Source: Selaginella moellendorffii (Eukaryota; Plantae; Lycopodiophyta). Taken from it: a stretch of 64,000 bases of DNA. Shown piece after piece: positions 25,122-39,534 of this stretch. The notes beneath the pieces were generated by a model. That model was not told the origin of the DNA. It saw only the letters and a list, made by a program, of their open reading frames with translations, and did no database searches. Within the stretch, counting starts at the first letter, position 1. Each line of letters begins with the position of its first letter. The stretch spans positions 3,420,405 through 3,484,404 of the forward strand of contig NW_003314262.1 of the NCBI RefSeq assembly GCF_000143415.4, read 5' to 3'. The position numbers and the translations under genes are program-made.

Positions 25122-25269
25122 GGAGAGAGTCTGAGGGAGGAGGAGAAGAAGTGGGTTTTTTCTAGTAGAGAAGGAGGCAAGTAGCATCGATTCTTCTTCA
25201 CCGTCGCTATCATCTGACCCAGAGGCGGGCTGTGTGAAAACTCCACATGGATTGGCTTGGAGCTGGCAC

Positions 25270-27650
25270 TTTTTAACTTAAAAAATGGTGAGTATTGTTT
25301 TAAAATATAAAAATACAATCTAAATAATAATTTATCTTTGTCTTTTATATTAATCTTACCACCATTTTGCTTCTTTTTATTACTCGCAATTATCATCTAA
25401 AGGATGGACTGTTATGAGCTATTTGCTGCAGGACTAATCTGTTTTTTGGAGCTTAGTATCAATATTTACTATTGGATTTTTATTAACTTGGATATCTAGT
25501 ATATTTGTAAGTTTATTATTTAGATTAAGTTTGTGTTTATAAAGTATAAATGTAGATGTTTGAAATATGTTTTTAATGTTTATAATATTATCAATACCAT
25601 CTATCATAAAAAGTTTCAACCAAGATATATTGTACCCAGTTAAAGGTTGAAATAATCCTAAAATTCAAGAATAAGAATAAAGGGTATCTTATTATTGGCC
25701 TAGTGTGCCATGTGGTAGATAAGAAAAAACATTCACTGAAGAAAACAACTTCTTATAAAGAATTGTGTTTCAATACAATGGTGAAAGGCTAATTAATAGT
25801 TGGCATAAAAATGGTGAAATATGGTTTTTGCAATAAATATGAATATAAGTAGTATGTGTCCTAAAGATAAACTTACAAAGCTAATAGTGTAAAGACACCA
25901 AGTATTTCATTGGAAGATATCTTGAATAAATCCAAATGGTTAATTCATAAAATCCTTACCAAAGGAAACAAAGTTGACATAGCATAAAATATAAAGTATA
26001 GAAATAAAGTGCTTCGACCAAATATGGATGAAGGTGTAGAATCACTAATAATGAGTTATAGGACAAGATAACTATAAGGACAACTAATTAAAGATAATGG
26101 GATTTAACTTCTCAAGACTATGTGTTAAGACAAAAAAAAAGTTGGATATATTCTTTAACGGATAAACTATTTCTATTATGATATAGTAAGTCATTATTAT
26201 AGAAGGAAATACTCATTTCCTAAAAAGTCCATTATTAGAGCATAGAAACACCTAAAATACTAAGAAGGTGTTTAGTATTATAAGAGCAATAGATAATGCC
26301 CAATGAACTAAAGATTAAAGAAAACTAGAAATTGGGAAGTTTTATCTATTCAAAATGAATAAGGTCAAAAGGATTTTCATATGGCTAGCAATGGGCATAT
26401 GAAGGTTCATAAGTAATAATGTTAATCTTGGTGTATGAAATTATAGGTTGAGTGTATCCAAATTAAAGCACCACTTCCTAAGTCATAGAATAGATTTATC
26501 CCTAAAAATACTTATTAAAGGGTGAGTAAGAAGTGCAAAGCCCTTTTAGCATAAAGAAAAATAAGCTAAAGGAATGTATAGACCAAGAGTAAATAATAAA
26601 TTAATAGAATAGAATAATAAGAATCAAAGGACATAAGTAAGAATTGCTATACAAATTAAAAGTGGGGAATCAAGTATAAGCTTGAGGGTTTGTTACTTGC
26701 AAATATGACACTATAAAGAATCTAAAGTATAAAAGTGATCATATTAGATTAGATAGAGCATAAAGTTTGTGAAGGGAAAGGCTTTAATAAGCTAAGGGCT
26801 AGAGTCCCTTTAATGTACTTAAATAAATTAGTCTCCAGGAAGCTGAGTACAAATGGTTTATAGGCATATGTAGAATCAAAGTTATACAATAAAAGTGTGG
26901 TTTTGAAGCTTGTTATAATGCAAAATTATCAAGATTAGAAAAGTAAATTTCACATATTCAAAATGATGACTTTGAATGGAAGTTAATATTTGATGACTTA
27001 CATACTTATATGTAAAACTATGTTACACTAGCTAAATGACCTATTAAGTAAGATTAGCAAGTTAAAGTAATGTCCTTTGAAAAAGTTGACTCCATAAGAG
27101 AAGGCTCATAAAACCAAATATGGAGGAGTCAATGCATAATTATAAATTAATTATCAAGTTCATCAAATGAGATAATTTAGAAGCTAGGAGGAATAAAGTT
27201 CTTAAGTTGTAACTCATAGTATGCATATAAAAGAAAAGCTAATTAATATTGTATAAGCAACTAAAGAGAACGATTTGAGAAACAATTCATAAAGGTTTAA
27301 ATATAAAAAGAAAAGGTTTATGAATAAGAGTGCAACCCTTTTTTTAATCGGTTAAAGGTTTTAGAATACTTGAGGTTAAATGTCCTTGAATTTGAATAGT
27401 ACTAAGCTGAATAACCTCTCGAGAAGTCTAAATTCAGAAATTTACATTTGGTATCAGAGAAGTCTCAGGTCCGATTCTATTTATTACTAAGAGAATCATA
27501 CCACATATTAAGATTGACATTTAGTAAGTCTAATTTATTTCCAACTAGATTTAATTTGAGGTGTAAGATGTCAAAAGAGAAGGGATCTTGGGAAAGCTAC
27601 AACTCTCAACTTTTGTTCACAAGGGTGTGAATTTGTAGGAAGTGGGGTGG
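25270..27650. mobile_element. Old, AT-rich decayed LTR-retroelement remnants
   Basis: Abrupt AT-rich, CpG-poor block with no ORFs; ...TTACA followed by the tRNA-iMet PBS TGGTATCAGAG at 27449-27459. Confidence 0.6.
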
Positions 27651-27863
27651 TGTCGCGAATGTGACTTCGGGTATCGAAAGTTACCTGTCAGCCAGTCCTT
27701 ACGGACACTCTTACCTTACTGCCACGACGGCAGGAGGTCGGTATTGCTGGACCCGTTATTAGTCTCCACCTAAGCTAGTTGAGAAACTGGTCCTCGCGTG
27801 TGCACTTGACCAGATGGGCATAAGGACGGAATTCCTAAGTGCTATTAGTCAAGCATACTTGAC

Positions 27864-30800
27864 TGTCGCGCATGTGACTTCGGGTATCGAAAGTTACCTA
27901 TCAGCTAGTCCTTACGGACACTCTTACCTTACTGCCACGACGGCAGGAGGTCGGTATTGCTGGACCCGTTATTAGTCTCCGCCTAAGCTAGTTGAGAAAC
28001 TGGTCATCACATGTGCACTTAGACCGGAAGGGCACTAAGGAAGGAAATCCTAAGTTGTCATTTAGTCAAGCAGACTTGACACGGTGATGAGAAACTCATG
28101 ATGTTGGCTTGCACTTGCTAGTGTTGGGAACCCCCGCGATATTGAGCTTGGTTCCTCAATATCGCTAGATGATAGCTTACCGTGTCTGCCAAACACCCTC
28201 GCTATCATGCCCTTTGTGTTAGTCTCATTTTAGTCCCAAATGCTATTTATGGAAAGTGTCCAGATTTGCTCATTTGGCATATCTACAGAATGTAGAGATC
28301 GGCCTGAACACAATGGTGTTCGTCCCGTGTCCAAATTCGCATTCTAAGGACATTCCATATTTAGTATGTTTCGAGCTTGTCCCAGAGACTAACTCCTGGT
28401 ACTAAGGGAGGCTTGGGGTGAAAGCCCAAAGCGTGTGTTCCTCAAGGGGGGGGGGGGCTATGGGGGGTTCCAAATGTATAGTAGGGATAGTGGGTAGGTC
28501 GGGCATGGCCGACCAACCTGAGGCATAGTCTAGCTCCCGCTTGCGTGCCTGTCCTTGTTCTGCGTCCGGCTTGGGTCTAAGCCCAAGTTCCATTCCATGC
28601 TAGTTGGTGGAGTACCCATATCCTCGCGTTAGGCCACCGGTATGCCGAAATAGCACCAGACTCTGTTTGGCTCCGTTTTGCGTGCTGGTCCTGGCATTGG
28701 GATGCTGGTTGCTCTAGGACTGTTCCAAGTCGCTTCGGGCCCCTGTCCCTTCGCTCCTTGGGCTATATGCTCAGGAGTTGCTCCGTGGTCCGGTTCCATC
28801 ACTCCTTGGCATCACGCTTGGGAGTTTGGCACCGTTCCTTCGTTCAGTGGCCCAAGGCCCTGAACCTCGGGTTCCTGTGGACACGTGGCATGGACACGTG
28901 GCATGTGACACGTGGCATCTGTCACGTGGCACAAAGAGGGTTTAGGTTCCGCTTCGTGGTGTTATCCTATGGTAAATCACCATAGGATAAAGGGTCAAAA
29001 CCACGTGCGCTACATTTGGTATCAGAGGATGAGTCTCAGCGAGTACTATTCAATGAGATTGGGCAACTAGTCTCGTTGCATACGCAGAGATGAAAACGAT
29101 GATCCGAGTGGGTACACGTTTTGGTGTAAAGGCTTCGCAATCGTTCCTTGGGATAGGTTTTGGGTTACCTTGTTGTACCTTATGATGTGAGCTTGCGCTT
29201 GGGCTCATAGGATGGTTTGGAGATGTTCCGTTTGCATGAGTTTGAGCTTGGGCTCGTGAGTGAGGCGCATTAGCAACTCAAGGTTGCACTTTGAGTTGGC
29301 AGGATTAATGTTAGCCTATCGTTGGTTCCATGAGTTATTCCTTGTACCATGGGTGAAAGCAAACCTACCTGGGTTTGCTATGAGTGGCAAATAGGCTGGT
29401 CCGTAGCTGTTTAGCACGGCACTAGTGGATCCTTCCTAGGCATGATTATAAGTGGATCAATCAAGACTATAAGGGAATAGTCTATTGGTTCAAGTAATTA
29501 TCGCCGTGCTCTCTCATAAACTTTTCTTTGATTGAACTGAAGGCAGTGCGAAAGCAAGCTTGAGGTTTGGTCAAAGATGAGACCGAAAAGAGAGTCATCG
29601 AGGACGGAGGATCAAATACGTAAATCATTTTCTCTTCTTGGAGAGATGATTTGCAACGAGGTGTTAACTCATTGCTTGTGTTCACATAATGCAATCAAGA
29701 GTCCCTACCTTGATGCATGTTGGAAATGATGGTCTTACAAATGGTGAGTTATGGGATGGATAGTGGTGTAACACTAAACCATTTTGTCTAGGCTCGCTAT
29801 TGGAAGACTTGGGTTGCAATGCTCAATTCTTTTCTGGGGAACCTTGCTATTGCTCCTTGAGTAGTTTGGTGTTGGATTAGTGTTGAGTTTGGTCGGAAAG
29901 AGGGTGGCATGAGCTTATCTGTGTTGTGAACAAAAGTTGGTGGTATTTGGTGTCGTAAACCTCTATTGGTGGAGTGTGGCATTTATGTTGCATTTTGTCG
30001 AATCGAGTTGGCATTTGATACTCACATAAATATTTGAAGTAATGACATAAGCTTTGCTCATTGCGTTACTCAATTGATGATCAAGTCATTGTGATTTATA
30101 TCATATCCATGTGATAATGAGCAATGTGTTTACGAAGTTGCTTGGATAAATGATGATCAACCCCAAAGTGGTTGGTGGAGAAGCTAGTCTACTTGCACGA
30201 AGTAGCATTGTAGTAGCTTTGACTGGATTCTCAATGGTGGTCCATTATGCTAAGCTTATGTTGGTACCTTGTTTCCTTGAGGGTTTGCCCATAAGGTGTT
30301 GGGAATGGGTTGTAGCATTCATTTGCTATAGCTTATCTATTGATCCGTTAGCACTTCGAGTAGATTATTGGATGGAGAAGGTGTGTAGTTGGGGCATTGA
30401 CATCACTAGCACTTGTGTTAGTGGAAGTGGCATTGTTATTTCAAGTGATGAGGAATTTTCCTGGACCTTGATTTTTCATGTCATTTATCTTGTTAGTGTT
30501 TTGGCTTCACATTGAATCTTGAAGGTGGTTGAAGAAGAGTGTTAGTGCAATGTGGATATCCGAAGATGTGGTCTTCGTGATCAAGCCTTGGATGTTCATT
30601 TTGCACTTTGCGGATGTCAGTGTTGGATGTCGGTTATATGGGCAAAGATGTTCGATGCTTAAGCATGTTGTTCGATCATGAGAATTTGTGTTGAGGTGAG
30701 CCTATGTGAAGTTGTTGGTAGGAGGAAGTTGGTGAAGTCTTGAAAGTTTGCAATCCTGGACTGAGAGTCATTCTTTATCTAGGATGGGAAATTTTCCACA

Positions 30801-33800
30801 AATTTTCTTAGACTTTTCCAATGGCTAATCTATTGATCATTTTGTCCGAAAACCATTCCATTTTCGAAAGCCAGTACAAACTAGTGAAGGGGTTGGAGTT
30901 GACTTCGGTTGGCTTAGATCTTAGTAGGTAGTTTGTATGATGCGGCCCGAAAGGAATGCTAACTTTTGGGGCTAAAGCAATTGAGTTGGATAGAGTCTGG
31001 AGTTGGTGTAGAAAAGTGGCTGTTGCGCTTTTCTAAGAAAGGTGACCCTTGTGCCTTTCTTTTATAGTGTTGTGCTTGGTGATAGTTTGCACCTTGCATT
31101 TCGTTAGACTCTATGAGAGTAGTGAGCTCTCACTGATCTTGACTTGGTCTTGGTGGCCCTGCACCTTGGCTGAGGATGGTGATGTCCAACTTAGTTGTTT
31201 GAGGTTGAGATGTTGGTACCCGTACTATAGCTTTGTCTATGAGGAGGTTGTGTACCGATATGAGTCCATCTCATGGTCTTCACTTTAGTTTCGACTGAGT
31301 GTTGATCACATAGCTAGCCTCTTCAAGGCATGCTTAGAGCTATTGACTAAATGCATTAGTGAGCTTATTGCGGTTGAGTTGGATTCGAGTGGTCATTTAG
31401 TTTGTGCTTGTCTATGAACTTTTATCTCGTACCTGGGGTATTATGTTCATGTTGGACAAGTATGTGACTCGATGATATGAGTTGGTGTTTGGGTCTTGTG
31501 AACGCAAGTTGAAGAGTGATTGTTAGTTGCTTTGCGACTAGTGATTACTTGTAGACTTCATCAAGGACAGTTGACACTTGCTTTGCTCGATGATGATTTA
31601 GCAGTGATGGGCTTGCTTTACCGGATGGTGTTGCGGAGGATCGTGTCGTTAGACTTGCATAGGTTTTCTATGTTAGTATATCGATTCTATCTCTGTCGAT
31701 ATCATTTGGTTACATTTAGTCCGTGGTGTTGGATTTCATTGAGTCTTGGATGTGGTGATTCACTCTTTGATGAAATGTTATCTGTAACTGAGTATTGCTG
31801 AAGGATTGGTCTCGGATACTAAGCATAGTATCTTCGACTTTGGTTAGCTTGGTTGCTGGAAAGCTCCGAGTGGTGATTCACTCTTGCTTTCTTCTAGCTT
31901 TGTCCTGATGTTGATGGCATTGAAGTGATGCCTTGTCATTGATATTGTTGATATTGAGATCTGAGTGAAATGAGATATCCTTCCAAGGATTGATATTGAG
32001 TTTCATTAGTCTTGATGAATATAGTGTTGATGATTTGGCTAAAGCTTTGTGTTGTTGGCATTCGTGCATTTGCTAGTTAGCAACTGTGTTGACGTTCAAA
32101 CGAACTGAGTGGCAAGTTGAGTTAGTTGTGTTCTAGACGAGATTATTTAGTAGAGGGTTGAGCTTTAGCTTTTCCTTGAAAAGTGATTTAGTCGTGGACT
32201 ATGCTAACTCTACGAGAAGAAGAGTTAGTGATCGATATTAGAATGTTGAGTCCTTGCTGGATTTGAGTTCGGAATATAGCAATCATTAATGATTCTTTTT
32301 GAGCTTGTTATGAAGTGAGTTACGTCTTGCTATAGATGGATTCATGGAGGATCGTTTGATGATCACTTGTTAAGCATAGCTTCGTTATGCTTAGCTTTTG
32401 GATTGATGCAGAAATGCTCTTCATTAGCTTTGGCATTATGAAGTTTGGCTTATGGATGTGTTGAGGAAGATATTGTGGGTTGCACCATGATTTCTTCTTT
32501 AGCATTGAAGTTAGCTTCTATGAGACTCGTGATCATTATTAGGCAAGACTTAGTTATAGGCTTCTTCGAGCTTTTGGTTCTTGAGTTTTGTGCTCATTGT
32601 TCCATTTGTTAGAAGTTGTTGGGGAAGGCATTTTGGCTCATTAGCTTCGATGTTGAAGTTAGTATTTGCATTTAGCAATCATTGGTGATGATTGACTATC
32701 ATCTAGGAAAGTTGATTATCCTTGTCGAAGGTTTTGCTTGATTATCGTTGATCTAGATTGATTTGCTATTCTTCGGGATGGTGGATTCCTTCTAAGACAA
32801 TGATTCTGCATATCTCTTATTGATGGGATGATTAATGATCTTTCATGATGGTTAGTTGTTCTCTTTGATAGCTTTTGGCTTTTTGCAATACCACCAGTTG
32901 TTTGTGGTTTGCTCTGGATTGGTCTCTTGGGTTTGATACGTTAGTAGGATGTTGCTAACACTTGCTTAGGCAACTTGAGTTCCTTGGTATTGTTGACTGG
33001 GATCTATTCAGATTGGCTTTTGTGATAGTTGGCAGGAATGAGTGTTTGTTGGTCTTACCACATTCATTTTCTTCTGTTGATTGTTGCTAGAGTTAGTTTT
33101 GATAGATTTGGATGTTATTTCCTTTGGGTGATACATTCGCGAGCATTGTGCTTGTTAGTCAATGATACTTTGTGTTCTTTGAGTTCTCTCTAGTAAGTTG
33201 TTGGCTTACTGTCTACTATCTTCGATAGTTAAGTTTCATCATTGAGTTTCCTTGATGATATACTAGCTATTGAATTTTGTTGGATGGTCATTCCTGTGTT
33301 TGCCAAATTATGATGATCTTGGTGGTTCCTATCTACAATACTACTAGTTTATCGGATGATAACTTGTTTAGAATACTTTTGTGTTCTTCTCTAAGATATA
33401 ATCACTAGTAATTACGCTTCTTAGATATCATTGTTTATGACTTTGATATAGTCCCTATATATTGATCTTTGAGTTTGGGCCAGTATAGGCAGACTGGCTT
33501 CGGCACTTCATGTGCATGGTGAAATCTCTAGTCATGGGGTAGCTACTGTCGACTGGTCACATAACCCGCCTCTTTGTCGATGTTCCTTATTCCGTTGAAA
33601 GGGCGTGACCGTGTAAACAACTCTAACTGCCTGTTTACAGTAGTCTATCTAAACCTTACCGACGGGTTTGGTTTCTTTGCTTAGGAGGGTAGGGGCCTCT
33701 GGCTTCTCTCTCTATGTTCCTGCGGGCAGGGCATATCACACTTTTGTAAGCTGGGTGACTCCCAGAGCAGCAGGGGTGGCTGACTCCGTTGGTCATTTCC

Positions 33801-35148
33801 TTGTCGGCGACGGCCGGAAGGTGTCTGAGCTGGTAGCGCATCCGCGTTAGACAAAGAGGTTACCCCCTAACTCATTTAAGTTGGTGCATTTCTCACATAG
33901 TGTGAGTACCGTGAACTTTTTATGGAGTTGTTTCCTTGGCGGTATTCTAGACTCGAGTATGCATCGACGAGGACGTCGATCTTCCCAAGGGGGGGAGAGT
34001 GTCGCGCATGTGACTTCGGGTATCGAAAGTTACCTATCAGCTAGTCCTTACGGACACTCTTACCTTACTGCCACGACGGCAGGAGGTCGGTATTGCTGGA
34101 CCCGTTATTAGTCTCCGCCTAAGCTAGTTGAGAAACTGGTCATCACATGTGCACTTAGACCGGAAGGGCACTAAGGAAGGAAATCCTAAGTTGTCATTTA
34201 GTCAAGCAGACTTGACACGGTGATGAGAAACTCATGATGTTGGCTTGCACTTGCTAGTGTTGGGAACCCCCGCGATATTGAGCTTGGTTCCTCAATATCG
34301 CTAGATGATAGCTTACCGTGTCTGCCAAACACCCTCGCTATCATGCCCTTTGTGTTAGTCTCATTTTAGTCCCAAATGCTATTTATGGAAAGTGTCCAGA
34401 TTTGCTCATTTGGCATATCTACAGAATGTAGAGATCGGCCTGAACACAATGGTGTTCGTCCCGTGTCCAAATTCGCATTCTAAGGACATTCCATATTTAG
34501 TATGTTTCGAGCTTGTCCCAGAGACTAACTCCTGGTACTAAGGGAGGCTTGGGGTGAAAGCCCAAAGCGTGTGTTCCTCAAGGGGGGGGGGCTATGGGGG
34601 GTTCCAAATGTATAGTAGGGATAGTGGGTAGGTCGGGCATGGCCGACCAACCTGAGGCATAGTCTAGCTCCCGCTTGCGTGCCTGTCCTTGTTCTGCGTC
34701 CGGCTTGGGTCTAAGCCCAAGTTCCATTCCATGCTAGTTGGTGGAGTACCCATATCCTCGCGTTAGGCCACCGGTATGCCGAAATAGCACCAGACTCTGT
34801 TTGGCTCCGTTTTGCGTGCTGGTCCTGGCATTGGGATGCTGGTTGCTCTAGGACTGTTCCAAGTCGCTTCGGGCCCCTGTCCCTTCGCTCCTTGGGCTAT
34901 ATGCTCAGGAGTTGCTCCGTGGTCCGGTTCCATCACTCCTTGGCATCACGCTTGGGAGTTTGGCACCGTTCCTTCGTTCAGTGGCCCAAGGCCCTGAACC
35001 TTGGGTTCCTGTGGACACGTGGCATGGACACGTGGCATGTGACACGTGGCATCTGTCACGTGGCACAAAGAGGGTTTAGGTTCCGCTTCGTGGTGTTATC
35101 CTATGGTAAATCACCATAGGATAAAGGGTCAAAACCACGTGCGCTACA
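27864..35148 (+). mobile_element. Full-structure LTR retrotransposon with no coding capacity (LARD-like)
   Basis: LTRs 27864-29014 and 34000-35148; TSD TTGAC on both sides; PBS TGGTATCAGAG at 29017; PPT AAGGGGGGGAGAG at 33987-33999; internal ORFs at most 121 aa. Confidence 0.92.
28882..28930 (+). promoter_or_regulatory. Four tandem ABRE/G-box (CACGTGGC) in the 5' LTR (also 35016-35064)
   Basis: CACGTGGC at 28882, 28895, 28909, 28923. Confidence 0.75.
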
Positions 35149-35523
35149 TTGACCTAGTTAGAGAAACTCATTCGTTGACTTGCACTTGCTAGTGTTGGGA
35201 ACCCCCGCGATATTGAGCTTGGTCCCTCAACATCGCTAGATGATAGCTTACCGTGTCTGCCAAACACCCTCGCTATCATGCCCTTTGTGTTAGTCTCAAT
35301 TCGTCCCAGATGCTATTTATGGAAAGTGTCCAGATTTGCTCATTTGGCATATCTACAGAATGTAGAGATCGTCCTGAACACAATGGTGTTCGTCCCGTGT
35401 CCAAATTCGCAATCTAAGGACATTCCATATTTAGTAAGTTTTGAGCTTGTCCCAGAGACTAACTCCTGATACTAAGGGAGGCTTGGGGTGAAAGCCCAAA
35501 GCGTGTGTTCCTCAAGGGGGGGG

Positions 35524-35768
35524 NNNNNNNNNNNNNNNNNNNNNNNNNNNNNNNNNNNNNNNNNNNNNNNNNNNNNNNNNNNNNNNNNNNNNNNNNNNNN
35601 NNNNNNNNNNNNNNNNNNNNNNNNNNNNNNNNNNNNNNNNNNNNNNNNNNNNNNNNNNNNNNNNNNNNNNNNNNNNNNNNNNNNNNNNNNNNNNNNNNNN
35701 NNNNNNNNNNNNNNNNNNNNNNNNNNNNNNNNNNNNNNNNNNNNNNNNNNNNNNNNNNNNNNNNNNNN
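35524..35768. other. Assembly gap (N run) inside the solo LTR
   Basis: Run of N following a poly-G tract. Confidence 0.99.
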
Positions 35769-36087
35769 GATGCTGGTTGCTCTAGGACTGTTCCAAGTCG
35801 CTCCGGCCTCCTGTCCCTTCGCTCCTTGGGCTATATGCTCGGGAGTTGCTCCGTGGTCCGGTTCCATCACTCCTTGGCATCACGTTTGGGAGTTTGGCAC
35901 CGTTCCTTTGTTCAGTGGCCCAAGGCCCTGAACCTCGGGTTCCTATGGACACGTGGCACGGACACGTGGTATGTGACATGTGGCATCTGTCACGTGGCAC
36001 AAAGAGGGTTTAGGTTCCGCTTCGTGGTGTTATCCTATGGTAAATCACCATAAGATAAAGGGTCAAAACCACGTGCGCTACAAGTGG

Positions 36088-37427
36088 ATTATAAATAACC
36101 AAAAAGAATGATTTTAAAGATAATTTATAGAAGTTTAAATATAAAAGAAAAGAGCCCATAAACCTCCAATATCCTTTTTTTGATCCCCACCAAATCCTCT
36201 CTAATCAATAACACTAACACCACCACTAGATTAGAGCTTGATGACATTTGGGACTTTCACACCACATATCCATACAATAGTTATTAAGTAAGAAAACCAT
36301 TTTCTTCCTTTTCATAATAAAAAATTTCAAAACAATATTTTGAAATATTACGACCTAATGCAAGCCTTGTGGGTACTCTCACTGCCTTTACCACTAATAT
36401 GCCTTGGTCACATGGCTAAAATTTCATTAAGCCACACAAAGTATCCAAGTAGGTAATACCACCCACATTTGGATTAGAAGCCTAATCTCCCAAAAGAGAT
36501 AAAATTGATTCTTGAATAGTTCATCTTATTTGTCCATTTATATTCACTTTAGCCTTAGACTCCTAAGTATTTATATTATCACCCACTAGATGTGTAAAAC
36601 TTTTTTTTGTCATATTGATTCTTTTAAAGTTTTTCCCCCTACTATTCTATAGAAACTTACTAAACTCCTAAGGTTTGGGAAATGATCATTTAAAGGTTGA
36701 ATATATCTGGCCCCGGATATGCCTATCCCCAAATATGTCTAACACTTCAAATACTTGGTTTTCAGTGGGGTGAGATGATTTTGACATTATTCCACTTTGA
36801 GATTTTGGGTTCTAAATTTTTGTTTCAACACTCCTAGGTATTAGTCATTTTAATGTCCCTTTTTAGAGATTTGTTATCAATTGTTTCATACTCATTGTTT
36901 AATCACTTCATGCTCATTGTTTAATTGTTTTATGCTTGTCCCTTAAACCCTTTGGAAATTTCACTTCTACTCTTTACTTTTTGTGTTAAAGCTTTTAGTC
37001 TAAATGTGTTATGCTTGATGGTCTTCCATCTTAGTGCACCTTTGGCTTAACTCTAAAACTAGTCAAAGAAAACTCAAGTATGTAATCATTAAAGAAAAGT
37101 TTATCTTTTATCCCCCGCAAATGTATTATAAATGTTTATCCAACTTTTTATCAACTTCTCTTCTAAAATTCTTAATATAATTATATATTAATCAATTATA
37201 TTAATAAATAATACTAAATAAAAATAAAATAGTAAACTAAAAATTGCTATATATAATATGCAGAAAAGGATTTTATTTATATTATCATAATTTATTAATA
37301 TAAGTGCATAGAATATGGAAATAGGTTTACACTCCTGCTTATATATAGAAATGGATAGACCAAATTCAGTCCTAAATAGATAGTCTATATGCTATATTAC
37401 TATAATTAGTATATTATATAGACATTG

Positions 37428-37472
<45 letters not shown>

Positions 37473-39500
37473 GATCCTCCCATCAAAAAGTTAAAAAGGT
37501 AACGAAGTTAGATGAAATATTTAGAGCTTCTTTTGAGTGATTATACACTTCTACAAGAACTTAAAACTCTTACAAAATCATTAATATAATTACTAACAAT
37601 CATGACAGAAACAAAATCCAAAGCCATGGTATACAAGTAAGAAATTTTGGTGAAATAATTGCAATTTTGTGTGCAGTATCTAAATGCTCAAATTAACCTT
37701 AAAACTATAACTATGAACCAAAGCAAAGTATGTCGAGCGCAACTATAATCCACAAGACATTGTTGTAACAAATGATGCATCTTGTTATTAAAATAGCATA
37801 TTGACCATCTTTTGAAACCACCATTAACTTTGACCCATGACCTTCAATAAAATATATCCTTGCATTTTCCTTTTGATTAGTTTTCAAGACATGTGTTAAC
37901 TTGAATTTACAACCTTTGTCCTCATATAACACCAATATGGGAAGTAAAATTCACTCTATTCATCCTATACATTATGGCTATTAACTTTTCATATTCTTTT
38001 CTCCATTGTTAAACTTGGGTCTTTCTTTATCCTCTCTTTAAATGAAAAAAGTTTAATTCTATTAATTCATTGCACTTGTCTTCATCTATGTTTAACTTCA
38101 CTCCATTATCAAATTTATTTACCCTCACTGTATCAAGGCTAAATATTTCATTCAAATTTGTTACACTCATTTTCACTCCACAATCTATACATTTGTGTTT
38201 GCTTCATTACTATATCTACTCATCCTCATAGGTAAGACTCCTATTTATCCCCTCTACTCCCTCTTAAAAAAAAAAGTTTGAAGCATTGGGGCAAAAAAGA
38301 AAAAATGAAAAAAATTGAAGAAACATTATAGAAGAAGAAGAAATGAATAAAGAAGTATTGAAAGAAGCATTTTCAATAGTTGTCAAAATAAAAATGGATA
38401 AAAAAAAAGAAATATGCTTAAAACTTGGATAAGAAAGGACCTCCTATTATAAGAGACTCCATCCAAGAAAAAAGGCTAAAGACCAAGAGATATATTATTA
38501 TAAAATACTTTAGCCAAGCCTAGATAAGTAAACTACTCTATATATTCAACCTTTTTAGTATGAAACTCAATATTTAAGATGGGAAAATCAATAAAAAAGT
38601 TCATACTCTTAAGGAAATAGAAAATTCATTAGTAATAATAGTAACATAAAGACTCTTACATTAGAGGAAATACACTTGACCCAAAATTTTAGCAAAATTA
38701 ATTTAACCTTTGGAATAGAGGAATACTTAATATCAGAAATAATCAAAAACTCTACTAAAAAAGCAAAAACAAAATTCTCAACTTCATACATATGCAATAT
38801 CCAAATATGATAAGGATAGAAAACACTCAATTTAACACTATACTGAGAATAAAACTCATAAGAGTAAAAAATGACCAAATGATCAACATATTAAGAGAAG
38901 GAAATATTGTAAATATGGAAAAGGCATTGCCAAGAAATAAGAAAATGTTGTAAGAGAGTAAAAGGCAAATAAAAAGGATCATGTGGCAAATTAAGGATTA
39001 ACACTTACTCAATAAAATCTCCAATTTGTCTTCATAATTATCTCCAAAGCAATCAAATTCTTTATTAGTAGAAATTCACTCAAGCTCAAATATCATCTTT
39101 TTATAAACTCAATCCCCAAACACCCTTCAAGAACCAGACTACATTATTTATAACTTTTCAATTAATATCACAATCATACTCTATATTAATAGGAGATTGG
39201 CAAGAAATCAAGAATAGGAGAAATCATGTAATTATATTCTAGGAAAGCTAATAATGACAATACATCAAGATTTGAGCAACATCAACAAGATCATGCTATA
39301 TATCACCAAAAACTCAATATAAAGATAACATAACCACAAGAACAATATGACAACCACAACACGTCATCTGCAGCCTTGGATGGCATATTTTAGATTTGGT
39401 GAAAGGATAACATATATCTAAATTTAAAAGAGAACAAAGGAATAAAAACAAAAGTATGATACTGAATACTAAGCAAATTACTGTTAACAAACTATGCTCT
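36088..39500. mobile_element. AT-rich decayed repeat sequence, family not assignable
   Basis: Very AT-rich, CpG-depleted, no meaningful ORFs; (TA)n at about 37436-37467. Confidence 0.45.
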
Positions 39501-39534
39501 CTAAGGACAAATTGCAATGCCCTCTGGTTTGCCC

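Larger units (their letters stand above)
27651..36082 (+). mobile_element. Solo LTR (27651-27863 + 35154-36082), split by the nested element
   Basis: TG...CA ends; flanks GGTGG / AGTGG (5-bp TSD, 1 mismatch); same sequence family as the inner LTRs. Confidence 0.85.

Noticed and set aside
28882-28930. CRISPR-like short repeats
   Set aside because: Eukaryotic context, 5-6 nt spacers, no cas genes.
28402-28985. Short ORFs repeated in each LTR
   Set aside because: Repetition is explained by LTR identity; no protein motifs.
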